From: Xylanibacter ruminicola 23
GTDB lineage: Bacteria; Bacteroidota; Bacteroidia; Bacteroidales; Bacteroidaceae
Direction: 5' to 3'
DNA length: 32,000 nucleotides
Assembly: GCF_000025925.1 (NCBI RefSeq)
Contig: NC_014033.1
Location: 3,420,001-3,452,000 of the forward strand
This document shows positions 1-6,999 of the stretch, piece by piece. Position numbers and translations under genes: made by a program. Each line of letters starts with the position of its first letter. The first letter of the stretch is position 1. A model generated the notes under the pieces. It saw only the letters and a program-made list of their open reading frames with translations. It did not search any database and had not been told where the DNA came from.

Positions 1-763
1 GCTGCTCAACCTCATATAGCTGGGTTTTCAAGCTGCTGTTGGTCACCTCTGTCTTTACATGTACCACAGCCTCGTTGTAAGGCTGCTGCAGTTCGGCGTA
101 CACAAACGTACCGAAAGGTGCCACGCTGACCTGTGCCGCTTTCTCCAACCACACGTCGCGATAGATGCCGGCGCCCTCGTAAAACCACCCCTCCTCCAGG
201 GTGGCATCGGCGCGCACGCATATCAGGTTGTCGTCGCCGTATTTGATATAGGGTGTGATGTCGTAGGTCTGTGTGGCGTAACCGCTGGGTTCGATGCCCA
301 TATAAAAGCCGTTGAACCATACACGGGCATTGCGGAAGATGCCGTCGAAGCGCAGCATCAGTCGCTTGCCCAGATCCTCGTTGGGTATGTGGATGGTTTT
401 GCGATACCATCCCACGCTGGTTTCAGGGTATTTGTAGCCCACCGTCTTATAGCCGTGCGAGTGACTGGCTTCGGCCGCATAGGGCAGTGTGGTCACCCAG
501 TCGTGCGGCAACTGCACCTCGTGCCAACGGTTGTCCTCCACAAATTTCTGCGCGTACGGTCCCTCGTTGTGTATCGAGTTGGCCTTTGTCAGATAGTTAA
601 AATACTCCGTGCCGCAACCGAAGTCCTTTTGAGGGTCGGCAGCGTTTCCCAGTGCAAATCGCCATCCCTTGTCAAGTCGGATGGTTTCGCGTACGCTCTG
701 TGCATTCAAGTTGGCAGTTAGCAGGCAGCCTATCGCTGCTACAATCATCGTTTTAAGTTTCAT
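1..763 (-). CDS. glycoside hydrolase family 2 (beta-galactosidase-like), N-terminal part; 3' end lies beyond the window start
   Basis: The minus-strand frame is open from the ATG (cat at 761-763) to the window edge. It is missing from the ORF track because it has no stop in the window. Hand translation gives MKLKTMIVAAIGCLLTANLNAQSVRETIRLDKGWRFALGN...WHEVQLPHDWV...GWYRKTIHIPNEDLGKRLMLRFDGIFRNARVWFNGFYMG...ICVRADATLEEGWFYEGAGIYRDVWL. That is a signal peptide followed by typical GH2 sugar-binding domain motifs. Confidence 0.85.
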   Translation of the reverse strand, partial: MKLKTMIVAAIGCLLTANLNAQSVRETIRLDKGWRFALGNAADPQKDFGCGTEYFNYLTKANSIHNEGPYAQKFVEDNRWHEVQLPHDWVTTLPYAAEASHSHGYKTVGYKYPETSVGWYRKTIHIPNEDLGKRLMLRFDGIFRNARVWFNGFYMGIEPSGYATQTYDITPYIKYGDDNLICVRADATLEEGWFYEGAGIYRDVWLEKAAQVSVAPFGTFVYAELQQPYNEAVVHVKTEVTNSSLKTQLYEVEQ

Positions 764-790
764 TGTTTGCTGTTTATAGTTATTTTTTTG

Positions 791-798
791 CAAAGATA
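791..798 (-). promoter_or_regulatory. Bacteroidota -7 promoter box (TATCTTTG) for the GH2 gene
   Basis: The reverse complement of caaagata matches TAnnTTTG, 27 nt upstream of the ATG at 763. Confidence 0.5.
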
Positions 799-885
799 GT
801 GCAAATCGCGCGAAATACAAAATTATTTTTCGCAAAGTCGTTCTATAATACTAACAATCAGCAAAATAGTACAAACGATCATCGG

Positions 886-2016
886 TTATAATCTTATGCC
901 GATGGCGGTGTTGATAAACCAGTCGTTCAGATAGCCATGAGTGCTTTGGTGGCGATAGCGTATGTTGTTAAACTGTCCGTAGGCACTGATAAAGTAGCGT
1001 CCGAAGTTGTAGGTGACCGACATGCGTGTGTCGAATCCCAGACTGATACCGCTGTTGATGGTTTTGTCGCCCATGGGTGTGATGTGCACATGGCTATAGA
1101 ACCACTCGTCCCATTCCTCGTTGCTGATGTCTTCGCTCCAGAATCTGTCGTCGGTCATCAGTTCGGGCACGTTGGTGGCGTAGGCAAACACCTTCAGTTT
1201 GTTCACGAATGTCACCATGGGCATCAGCATCACGTTAACCAGCAGTCCGCGTGCTGGCACCCAGTTGTAGGCATAGCCCACGCCAGCGCTGCCCTGCCAC
1301 AGCTTTACTTTGCCCAGTCCGTGCATCAGGTACACCAGGTCGCCATTCAGGTCGGTGGCATAGTCGATACGCGTATAGTTGTACATCAGTCCGGCCATGA
1401 GCGATCCAGCCGAACGTTTCTGTATCACCGACTGGTCGTAGGCCGCTGCATACGAGAATTTCTTGCCGTTGAACATATAGTAGCCATCGGCAATCACGGT
1501 TCGCACGTGTATAGGGTCTATCAGTTGTACGTCGTCCCAGGTTTTCTGTTCTTCCTCGCTCAGCAGTTCGCTGTTCAGGTTGATGCTGGGGTTGCTGTTG
1601 TCGAACGAGTGTATGCGCACGTTCACGCCGTAGGCGCCTCCAGTGGCACCAAACACCAGGTTGCTACCTTTATCGCCGCCCACGTTCACGGTGTAGCCGA
1701 TGCCATAGCCTCGGTAGCCCGCCCAGAAACCTACGTACTGTGAGGGCTGCGTTTTAAGATAGGGTCGGGCACTGTAGTCCACGCCTAATATGTTTCCATC
1801 GGCGTTCATACTCACAATCGTCTGACTCACATTGCCCTTGGCTATCAGTTGCCATGGTTTCTCAGAAGCATCAATATAGCTACGGTCGAGGCCTCTCACC
1901 GACATCGAGTCGATCATCGTGCCCACTTTCTTCACGAAAGTAGTCAGGCCCCCTTGCGCCGTCGCCGTCCCGCAACAGCCCATACCTATTGCTAAAATGA
2001 TGCTTTTCAATGTCAT
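886..2016 (-). CDS. secreted outer-membrane beta-barrel-like protein (DUF4421-like, unverified)
   Basis: 376-aa ORF with an N-terminal signal peptide (MTLKSIILAIGMGCCGTATAQG). It is rich in Gly/Tyr with alternating-hydrophobic strands (GYRGYGIGYTVNVGG, GAYGVNVRIHSF, AGVGYAYNWV). The family name is from memory only. Confidence 0.7.
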   Translation of the reverse strand: MTLKSIILAIGMGCCGTATAQGGLTTFVKKVGTMIDSMSVRGLDRSYIDASEKPWQLIAKGNVSQTIVSMNADGNILGVDYSARPYLKTQPSQYVGFWAGYRGYGIGYTVNVGGDKGSNLVFGATGGAYGVNVRIHSFDNSNPSINLNSELLSEEEQKTWDDVQLIDPIHVRTVIADGYYMFNGKKFSYAAAYDQSVIQKRSAGSLMAGLMYNYTRIDYATDLNGDLVYLMHGLGKVKLWQGSAGVGYAYNWVPARGLLVNVMLMPMVTFVNKLKVFAYATNVPELMTDDRFWSEDISNEEWDEWFYSHVHITPMGDKTINSGISLGFDTRMSVTYNFGRYFISAYGQFNNIRYRHQSTHGYLNDWFINTAIGIRL

Positions 2017-2045
2017 TGTATATTAATAATCAGATTGTTTGCTTG

Positions 2046-2053
2046 CAAATATA
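2046..2053 (-). promoter_or_regulatory. -7 promoter box (TATATTTG) for the 886..2016 gene
   Basis: The reverse complement of caaatata matches TAnnTTTG, 29 nt upstream of the ATG at 2016. Confidence 0.5.
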
Positions 2054-2086
2054 CGAATAAGTATTTAAAGTTCCAAATATTTTGGG

Positions 2087-2094
2087 TACTTTTG
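2087..2094 (+). promoter_or_regulatory. -7 promoter box (TACTTTTG), divergent, facing the 2278 ORF
   Basis: TAnnTTTG match. It would give a roughly 180-nt AT-rich leader before the ATG at 2278. Confidence 0.35.
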
Positions 2095-2277
2095 CATTCC
2101 GGAATGTCCGAAGTAGCTAACACAACAACTAATTATCTAAGCCCAGGATCAATTTGTTGGGCTGCTTTCCTGGCTATGGGCGCACGATTGGAAAACTCAC
2201 CCAATACATCTTTGGCCAACGTCTAATCTATTAATCATTTGGCGTTTAACTCTAAATTAATGATGATTAAATAGATT

Positions 2278-2607
2278 ATGAAGAAATTAAATATTTCTGC
2301 CGACACACCGCTGTCGGTGCTTTTTCATGATGGATGTCATGATCAGCTAAAGAATGATATCAAGTACTTGTGCAACTTTCTGATTGATTGCCAATCGGAT
2401 GTTGATGTGCTTAAGGTGAGTAGATTTGATTTTGATTTCAGCTCCCCCAAGTTTCGTCCGTGCAAGGTGTATCAGAAACTGGCTAACATGGTTAACCGTC
2501 ATCTGCTGATTGTGTCGCACAGAGAGTTGAGCCGCTATATGGCTGAACACTCTAATCTGCATGCCAGTGCCGAATCGATATATCGTTCGATATATAAGTA
2601 TATGTAA
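2278..2607 (+). CDS. hypothetical protein, 109 aa
   Basis: ORF in an AT-rich segment, followed by a long hairpin terminator. I recognised no motif. The C-terminal segment HRELSRYMAEHSNLHASAESIYRSI could be a helix-turn-helix. Confidence 0.5.
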   Translation: MKKLNISADTPLSVLFHDGCHDQLKNDIKYLCNFLIDCQSDVDVLKVSRFDFDFSSPKFRPCKVYQKLANMVNRHLLIVSHRELSRYMAEHSNLHASAESIYRSIYKYM

Positions 2608-2632
2608 GCACTGTTGCTAATGCACTCTGATG

Positions 2633-2673
2633 GGAAGAAACTTGTCCTAATATAGGACTGGTTTCTTCCTTTT
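2633..2673 (+). terminator. intrinsic terminator hairpin
   Basis: ggaagaaac (2633-2641) pairs with gtttcttcc (2661-2669). An inner GTCCTA/TAGGAC stem is present and a T run follows. Confidence 0.6.
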
Positions 2674-2700
2674 ACTATTGGAATAGCCTGAAAAAAGCAT

Positions 2701-2708
2701 TACCTTTG
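2701..2708 (+). promoter_or_regulatory. -7 promoter box (TACCTTTG) upstream of the M15 peptidase leader
   Basis: Exact TAnnTTTG match, 162 nt upstream of the ATG at 2871. The leader contains a 10-bp GC hairpin at 2793-2818. Confidence 0.5.
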
Positions 2709-2870
2709 CAGGTGGTTATAGGAACCAATATAATTCACTTAAAACTGTAAAAGTATGAATCAACAACCACTGGCAAACAGATTATTACGATAGGGCGTCA
2801 CCTTCAGGGGTGGCGCCCTTCTTGGGATTTCTTTACTTTCGAATAAATATTAATCAATTGTATTAACAAA

Positions 2871-3344
2871 ATGATGAAAACTATTTTTGATGCAACCATG
2901 CGTCTATCAGAACACTTTACGCTCGGCGAGATGTGCTACTCAGCAACAGCCGAAGCTAAAAAGATTCCTAACATTCCACTGAAGCAGCACATCACAGCGA
3001 TGCAGAACCTTTGCGAGCGCTGTCTGGAGCCCGTGCGCTGCCAGTTGGGACTGCCCATCAAGGTGAACAGCGGTTACCGCTGCCAGCTGCTCAACCAGAT
3101 GGTGGGCGGTGTGCCCACGTCGCAGCACCTGAAGGGTGAGGCTGCCGACATCACCATCCCCCGCAGTCACCGTCCGTTCGGTCACCCCACGGATGAGCAG
3201 GCAGCACGCCTGCTACTGAAGTATGCCGAGCAGTATGCCGACTTCGACCAGCTCATCCTGGAGCACCGTGGCAACAGTTGGTGGGTGCACATCAGCTGCC
3301 GAATTGACTTCCGTAAAAACCGCAAACAGGTGTTGAAAATGTAA
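2871..3344 (+). CDS. peptidase M15A family (D-alanyl-D-alanine carboxypeptidase / phage endolysin-like zinc peptidase)
   Basis: 157 aa, no signal peptide. Carries the motif pattern SGYRC...N...SQHLKGEAADI...WVHIS (a His/Asp/His zinc-ligand arrangement), typical of Peptidase_M15_3. Confidence 0.8.
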   Translation: MMKTIFDATMRLSEHFTLGEMCYSATAEAKKIPNIPLKQHITAMQNLCERCLEPVRCQLGLPIKVNSGYRCQLLNQMVGGVPTSQHLKGEAADITIPRSHRPFGHPTDEQAARLLLKYAEQYADFDQLILEHRGNSWWVHISCRIDFRKNRKQVLKM

Positions 3345-3366
3345 TAATTGCAAAATAAAGAAAGCA

Positions 3367-4056
3367 ATGAAGAATAAGGGTTTTATAAAGTTATATCGCA
3401 GTATGCTGTCGAAGCCTGAGATGACCGATCTTGTGAACGAACAGGGTGCGGTTGGCTTCGGCGTGTACATGATGATAGTGCTGCACCTGTCGCAGTGTGA
3501 TGATTACGAAGGGATGTTCACCAATGGACAGCTCAGTGCCTTTGCTGCCCAAGCCAAAACTACCCGTAAGAATGTGCGCCATATTATTGAGGATTTCGGA
3601 TTGTTTGAGATCAACGGAAACCGATTTAAAACCGCAACAAAATCGGAAGAAAATGCCGACGAAACCGAAACTAAATCGCCACACTCACATGCGCGTAATA
3701 ATAGGTACGCAGGCGAAGATGTAGAAATAGATATAGAAAAAGAAAAAAAAGAAAAAGGCACGAAGGTTCCCGATATGATCGGACCTTCGGCCTACGAGGT
3801 GATGACGCGCGAGGGCCTGCGACAGGGCGGCCATGGCGAACCTGTGCCTTGGTGGGCACCGCCGCAGCGCGATGTGTACATGGTGTGGAGCCTGGTGGCC
3901 GACAGGTGGGTGCCGCCAGCGCAGATAGATGCCGAGGCCGAACGCCAGCGCCACAAAGAGATGAAGCCCGCCGACTTTATGATGAAGACGGCCTGGGAAG
4001 TACTAACCGAAGATGAACAAACAAGAATTCAAGACAATGCAAAACGACAGCTTTAA
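3367..4056 (+). CDS. DUF4373-like (Lin1244/Lin1753 N-terminal-like) replication-associated protein
   Basis: 229 aa. The N-terminus GFIKLYRSMLSKPEMTDLVNEQGAVGFGVYMMIVLHL resembles the phage replisome-organizer N-terminal pattern. There is an acidic/lysine low-complexity linker (EDVEIDIEKEKKEKGTK). The ORF overlaps the next gene by 44 nt. Confidence 0.55.
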   Translation: MKNKGFIKLYRSMLSKPEMTDLVNEQGAVGFGVYMMIVLHLSQCDDYEGMFTNGQLSAFAAQAKTTRKNVRHIIEDFGLFEINGNRFKTATKSEENADETETKSPHSHARNNRYAGEDVEIDIEKEKKEKGTKVPDMIGPSAYEVMTREGLRQGGHGEPVPWWAPPQRDVYMVWSLVADRWVPPAQIDAEAERQRHKEMKPADFMMKTAWEVLTEDEQTRIQDNAKRQL

Positions 4057-5932
4057 ACCCCAAAAACAGTGGGAACAAACCAGCACGGGCTACTATATTG
4101 TGCCCATCGACAAGTTGGATGTGAAGGGTGCCCCAAAGGACAACGACGGCAAGCCCGACCTGAAGGCACCGGGCATGACGATTGTGCGCTGCAAATGTCC
4201 CGACTGTAGCGACACCCGTAAGCACCAGGATGAGCACTGCGTAAGGCTCGACACCATGACCGGACTGGGCAAGTGCTACAACTGCGGCTTTAAGTTCGTG
4301 ATCAGCAGTAAGGTGCCCGACTATAACAAGAAACGTGGCTACCAGAAAAAGAAATTCAAACTGCCTGATACCAGTAAACTGAGGCCTATCGACGGTATCG
4401 GTATCAACTATCTGCTGGACCGGAAAATACAACCACAGACAGCCGCAAAGGCAGGTGTGCGCTCGGCCACCCGAACGTTCGATGGCATTGAGCGTTCGTG
4501 CCTGGCCTTTACCTATCGCGAGGGCAGCAAGGTGGTAAACATCCAGTATAAAACCACCAGCAAGGACTTTGCTGTTGAGAGCGACTGCGAGCTGATACCT
4601 TGGAACATTGATGCCGCCATCGGTCAGGACACGCTGATTGTTACCGAGGGGATGATGGATGCGCTGGCACTGATGGAGTGCGGGTTCGACAACGTGATAT
4701 CGGTGTCGAACGGCGCCGAGAGTGATGTACGGACGTTCGACCGCTTTCGCTACAGTCATCTGGATGGCATTCGTACCTTTTATCTGGCTGGCGACATGGA
4801 CGAACCCGGTGTGGAGCTGCGCCAAAAACTGGCCCTATACTTCGGCGAGGCACGCTGCCGCATCGTAGAGTGGCGCGTGGGCGATGATGCGGCCAAGGAT
4901 GCCAACGAGATGCTGATGGAACATGGTGTGGATGCGGTGCTGCAGTGTATCAACCACGCACAGCTGTGCCCGATAGTGGGGGTGGAGACCATCGACGACT
5001 ATCGCGAACGCACCAAGTATATTTGGGAGCACGGCATCGCACCAGGCAAAACAGTAGGGTGGGGTGAGTTCGACGACCACGTGCAGTTTGAGCCGGGGCG
5101 CACGGTGATTATCGTGGGCGAACCCAACACAGGAAAATCGACCTTTGCCGACGACCTGGTGCTGAACCTGGCACTGCAGCATGGTTGGAAGGCGGCGCTC
5201 TATTCGCCCGAGATGTTTCCACCCGAGCGCCACATTGAGCGTATGGCCACTACCATCGCGGGGCGTAAGTTCCGTAAAGAACTGGTGCAGACCGAGCGTG
5301 GGGTTGACTATCGCAAGCCGCTGATACCTGAGCGCATGGCCGACAGAATTCTGGACTGGCTGTGCAGTAACGTGTTTTTTATCACCGAGACATCGGGTCG
5401 CACCATCCACAAGCTGCTGCACCGTGCCGAACAGCTGCAGCATCGCTATGGCATACAGCAGTTGCTGCTCGATCCGTTTAACTACATACAGTTGCCCGAG
5501 GGAGCTAAGAGCGACACGATGAAGATTGGCGACGTGCTGGCCGAGATAGAGCTGTTTGCCCATCGCACAGGACTGCTCATCTTTGTGGTGGTGCATCCGT
5601 CGAAACCGCAGAAGGGCGAGCAAATTGATTCGCTTTACAATGCCAGTGGGTCGGCCGAATTCCGTAACCGTGCCGACTACGGACTGGTGCTGGTGAACGA
5701 CGACAAGCAGTGTGCGCGCAACGGCTATCATCTGCTGAAGATCATCGTGGATAAGGTACGCGACGATGCCATGGGACATAAAGGCACCTGTCATGTGTCG
5801 TTCGATCCCCAGAACTATCGTCATGGCATGGTGCAGACCATCCACCTTATGGGCGAGGTGAACCAGTACAACATCCTCGACATCAGTCCTCACTGCTGGC
5901 TGGATCAAACCAAAGAACCAACGCTGTTTTAA
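4013..5932 (+). CDS. bifunctional DNA primase-helicase (zinc finger + Toprim + P-loop RecA/DnaB-like), T7 gp4 / Twinkle type
   Basis: 639 aa. It has a CxxC...CxxC zinc ribbon (CPDCSD...CYNCGF) and Toprim motifs (LIVTEGMMDALAL and YLAGDMDEPG). Walker A is IVGEPNTGKST and Walker B is LLLDPFNY. The start could instead be the ATG at 4037. Confidence 0.85.
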   Translation: MNKQEFKTMQNDSFKPQKQWEQTSTGYYIVPIDKLDVKGAPKDNDGKPDLKAPGMTIVRCKCPDCSDTRKHQDEHCVRLDTMTGLGKCYNCGFKFVISSKVPDYNKKRGYQKKKFKLPDTSKLRPIDGIGINYLLDRKIQPQTAAKAGVRSATRTFDGIERSCLAFTYREGSKVVNIQYKTTSKDFAVESDCELIPWNIDAAIGQDTLIVTEGMMDALALMECGFDNVISVSNGAESDVRTFDRFRYSHLDGIRTFYLAGDMDEPGVELRQKLALYFGEARCRIVEWRVGDDAAKDANEMLMEHGVDAVLQCINHAQLCPIVGVETIDDYRERTKYIWEHGIAPGKTVGWGEFDDHVQFEPGRTVIIVGEPNTGKSTFADDLVLNLALQHGWKAALYSPEMFPPERHIERMATTIAGRKFRKELVQTERGVDYRKPLIPERMADRILDWLCSNVFFITETSGRTIHKLLHRAEQLQHRYGIQQLLLDPFNYIQLPEGAKSDTMKIGDVLAEIELFAHRTGLLIFVVVHPSKPQKGEQIDSLYNASGSAEFRNRADYGLVLVNDDKQCARNGYHLLKIIVDKVRDDAMGHKGTCHVSFDPQNYRHGMVQTIHLMGEVNQYNILDISPHCWLDQTKEPTLF

Positions 5933-5934
5933 TC

Positions 5935-5955
5935 TTTAATGTTTAATGTTTAATG
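5935..5955 (+). repeat. three perfect tandem TTTAATG heptamers ending in the start codon of the Zn-ribbon ORF
   Basis: tttaatg tttaatg tttaATG at 5935-5941, 5942-5948 and 5949-5955. The same heptamer array recurs at 23374-23408 in minus sense. Confidence 0.9.
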
Positions 5956-6135
5956 GAAATAACTTGTACGCGTTGCGGGCAAACACTGCCGCGCAGCAAA
6001 TTAGAACGCATGAAGACGGGCACCTACCGTCGGGTGTGCAACCATTGTAAGTGGCTGTACTACGTAAAGCCCAGTCGCGATCGGCGCATCCTTCGCGACC
6101 TGGAGGCCCGCCACCACCATCCCAACGAAAAGTAG
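5953..6135 (+). CDS. small zinc-ribbon protein, 60 aa, basic C-terminus
   Basis: MEITCTRCGQ...RRVCNHCKW gives CxxC-N20-CxxC. The tail is Arg/His-rich. It lies directly downstream of the primase-helicase, and its stop codon sits inside the first phased repeat. Confidence 0.55.
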   Translation: MEITCTRCGQTLPRSKLERMKTGTYRRVCNHCKWLYYVKPSRDRRILRDLEARHHHPNEK

Positions 6136-6207
6136 CTTTTCACCCTCCGAAAAGTAACTTTTCACTCATCAAAAAGTAGCTTTTCGATGCATGAAAAGCT
6201 ACTTTTC
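6127..6207. repeat. four 15-bp imperfect-palindrome repeats at exact 22-bp phasing (iteron-like; candidate origin or regulator array)
   Basis: GAAAAGTAGCTTTTC at 6127, GAAAAGTAACTTTTC at 6149, AAAAAGTAGCTTTTC at 6171, and the inverted copy GAAAAGCTACTTTTC at 6193. Copies 3 and 4 form 14-bp inverted arms. Confidence 0.85.
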
Positions 6208-6223
6208 GTTTTTGCCACTGCAA

Positions 6224-6257
6224 GGGCTGATTCTTAGGGGATCAGCCTTTTTTTTTG
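6224..6257 (+). terminator. intrinsic terminator (T1)
   Basis: GGCTGAT...ATCAGCC stem followed by T9. It is about 86 percent identical to the hairpin at 9770-9805. Confidence 0.7.
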
Positions 6258-6284
6258 AAATAAAGTTAAAATAGTAATATTTTG

Positions 6285-6315
6285 CACAGAAAACAAAGAA
6301 AATATTTGTTTTGTG
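6285..6315. promoter_or_regulatory. imperfect inverted repeat over the -33 region of the abiE promoter (candidate AbiEi operator)
   Basis: CACAGAAAACAAA (6285-6297) faces TTTGTTTTGTG (6305-6315): 11-bp arms with one bulged G, 14 nt upstream of the -7 box. Confidence 0.35.
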
Positions 6316-6328
6316 TACGAAATATAAC

Positions 6329-6336
6329 TATATTTG
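6329..6336 (+). promoter_or_regulatory. -7 promoter box (TATATTTG) for abiEi-abiEii
   Basis: TAnnTTTG match 27 nt upstream of the ATG at 6364. Confidence 0.55.
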
Positions 6337-6363
6337 CACCATTCAAGCACTAATTGTATATAG

Positions 6364-6999
6364 ATGACACCGTTTGAGAACATAGGCAATATCCCCTTTG
6401 ATGTTAATGTGCTAAGTGCGTTTTTCCCGAACCATAAGCATATTAACGAAAAAGCGCGCGCGCTCGAAAAGAATGGTCAGATTATACGCTTAAAGAAGGG
6501 TATGTACGTGGCCAGCAAGATGGAAACCGGTAAGGAACTGTCGAAGGAACTGATAGCCAATCACATTTACGGGCCATCGTATGTGGGTTGCGAATATGCC
6601 TTGCGCTATTATGGTTTGATACCTGAACGTGTGTATCAGGTAACATCAGTTACCACCAAGCACTCCAGAGATTTTGAGAACGCTGTAGGCCGTTTCAGTT
6701 ATCAGAACTGCTCGCCAGAATACTTCGCTGTTGGCGTTAGAATAGAGCAGGCCGATGGTGTTAGTTTCTTGATAGCTGCCCCCGAGAAGGCTCTTTGCGA
6801 TGTGATAAACTTTAGCAAGTGTCTGAATCTACGTTTCATGAAGGATGTAGGGAGTTATCTTGAGGAAGACATCCGTTTTGACACTGACGCACTTGAGAAC
6901 TTTGATATCGAACTTCTTGAACGTTGTGCATTAGCAAGCCGCAAGCAATCGAGTATAAACACGTTAATAAAGTATATAAAGCATGTCAGACATCTTTGA
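6364..6999 (+). CDS. abiEi: type IV toxin-antitoxin system AbiEi family antitoxin
   Basis: 211 aa. Its size, its position overlapping a downstream AbiEii gene by 17 nt, and the N-terminal winged-helix-like region (ARALEKNGQIIRLKKGMYV) fit AbiEi. Confidence 0.75.
   Translation: MTPFENIGNIPFDVNVLSAFFPNHKHINEKARALEKNGQIIRLKKGMYVASKMETGKELSKELIANHIYGPSYVGCEYALRYYGLIPERVYQVTSVTTKHSRDFENAVGRFSYQNCSPEYFAVGVRIEQADGVSFLIAAPEKALCDVINFSKCLNLRFMKDVGSYLEEDIRFDTDALENFDIELLERCALASRKQSSINTLIKYIKHVRHL

Noticed and set aside
12-721. Track ORFs 12..410 (-) and 59..721 (+) at the left edge
   Set aside because: They are off-frame or antisense shadows of the GH2 gene, which reads on the minus strand from 763 to the window edge. 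Their translations are Arg/His/Val/Gln-rich with no recognisable motifs.
937-1743. 268-aa plus-strand ORF inside the 886..2016 gene
   Set aside because: It is an antisense shadow ORF with His/Val-rich composition and no promoter or start context. The minus-strand product has a signal peptide and coherent beta-barrel-like sequence.
3743-3750. A8 homopolymer inside the DUF4373-like gene as a phase-variation tract
   Set aside because: It encodes part of a Lys/Glu low-complexity linker. The tract is short, a single instance, and there is no evidence of length variation from one sequence.
3977-5908. Long minus-strand ORFs 3977..4825 and 4835..5908
   Set aside because: They are antisense to the primase-helicase, which carries clear zinc-finger, Toprim and Walker motifs. 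Long open antisense frames are expected in this GC-richer coding DNA.
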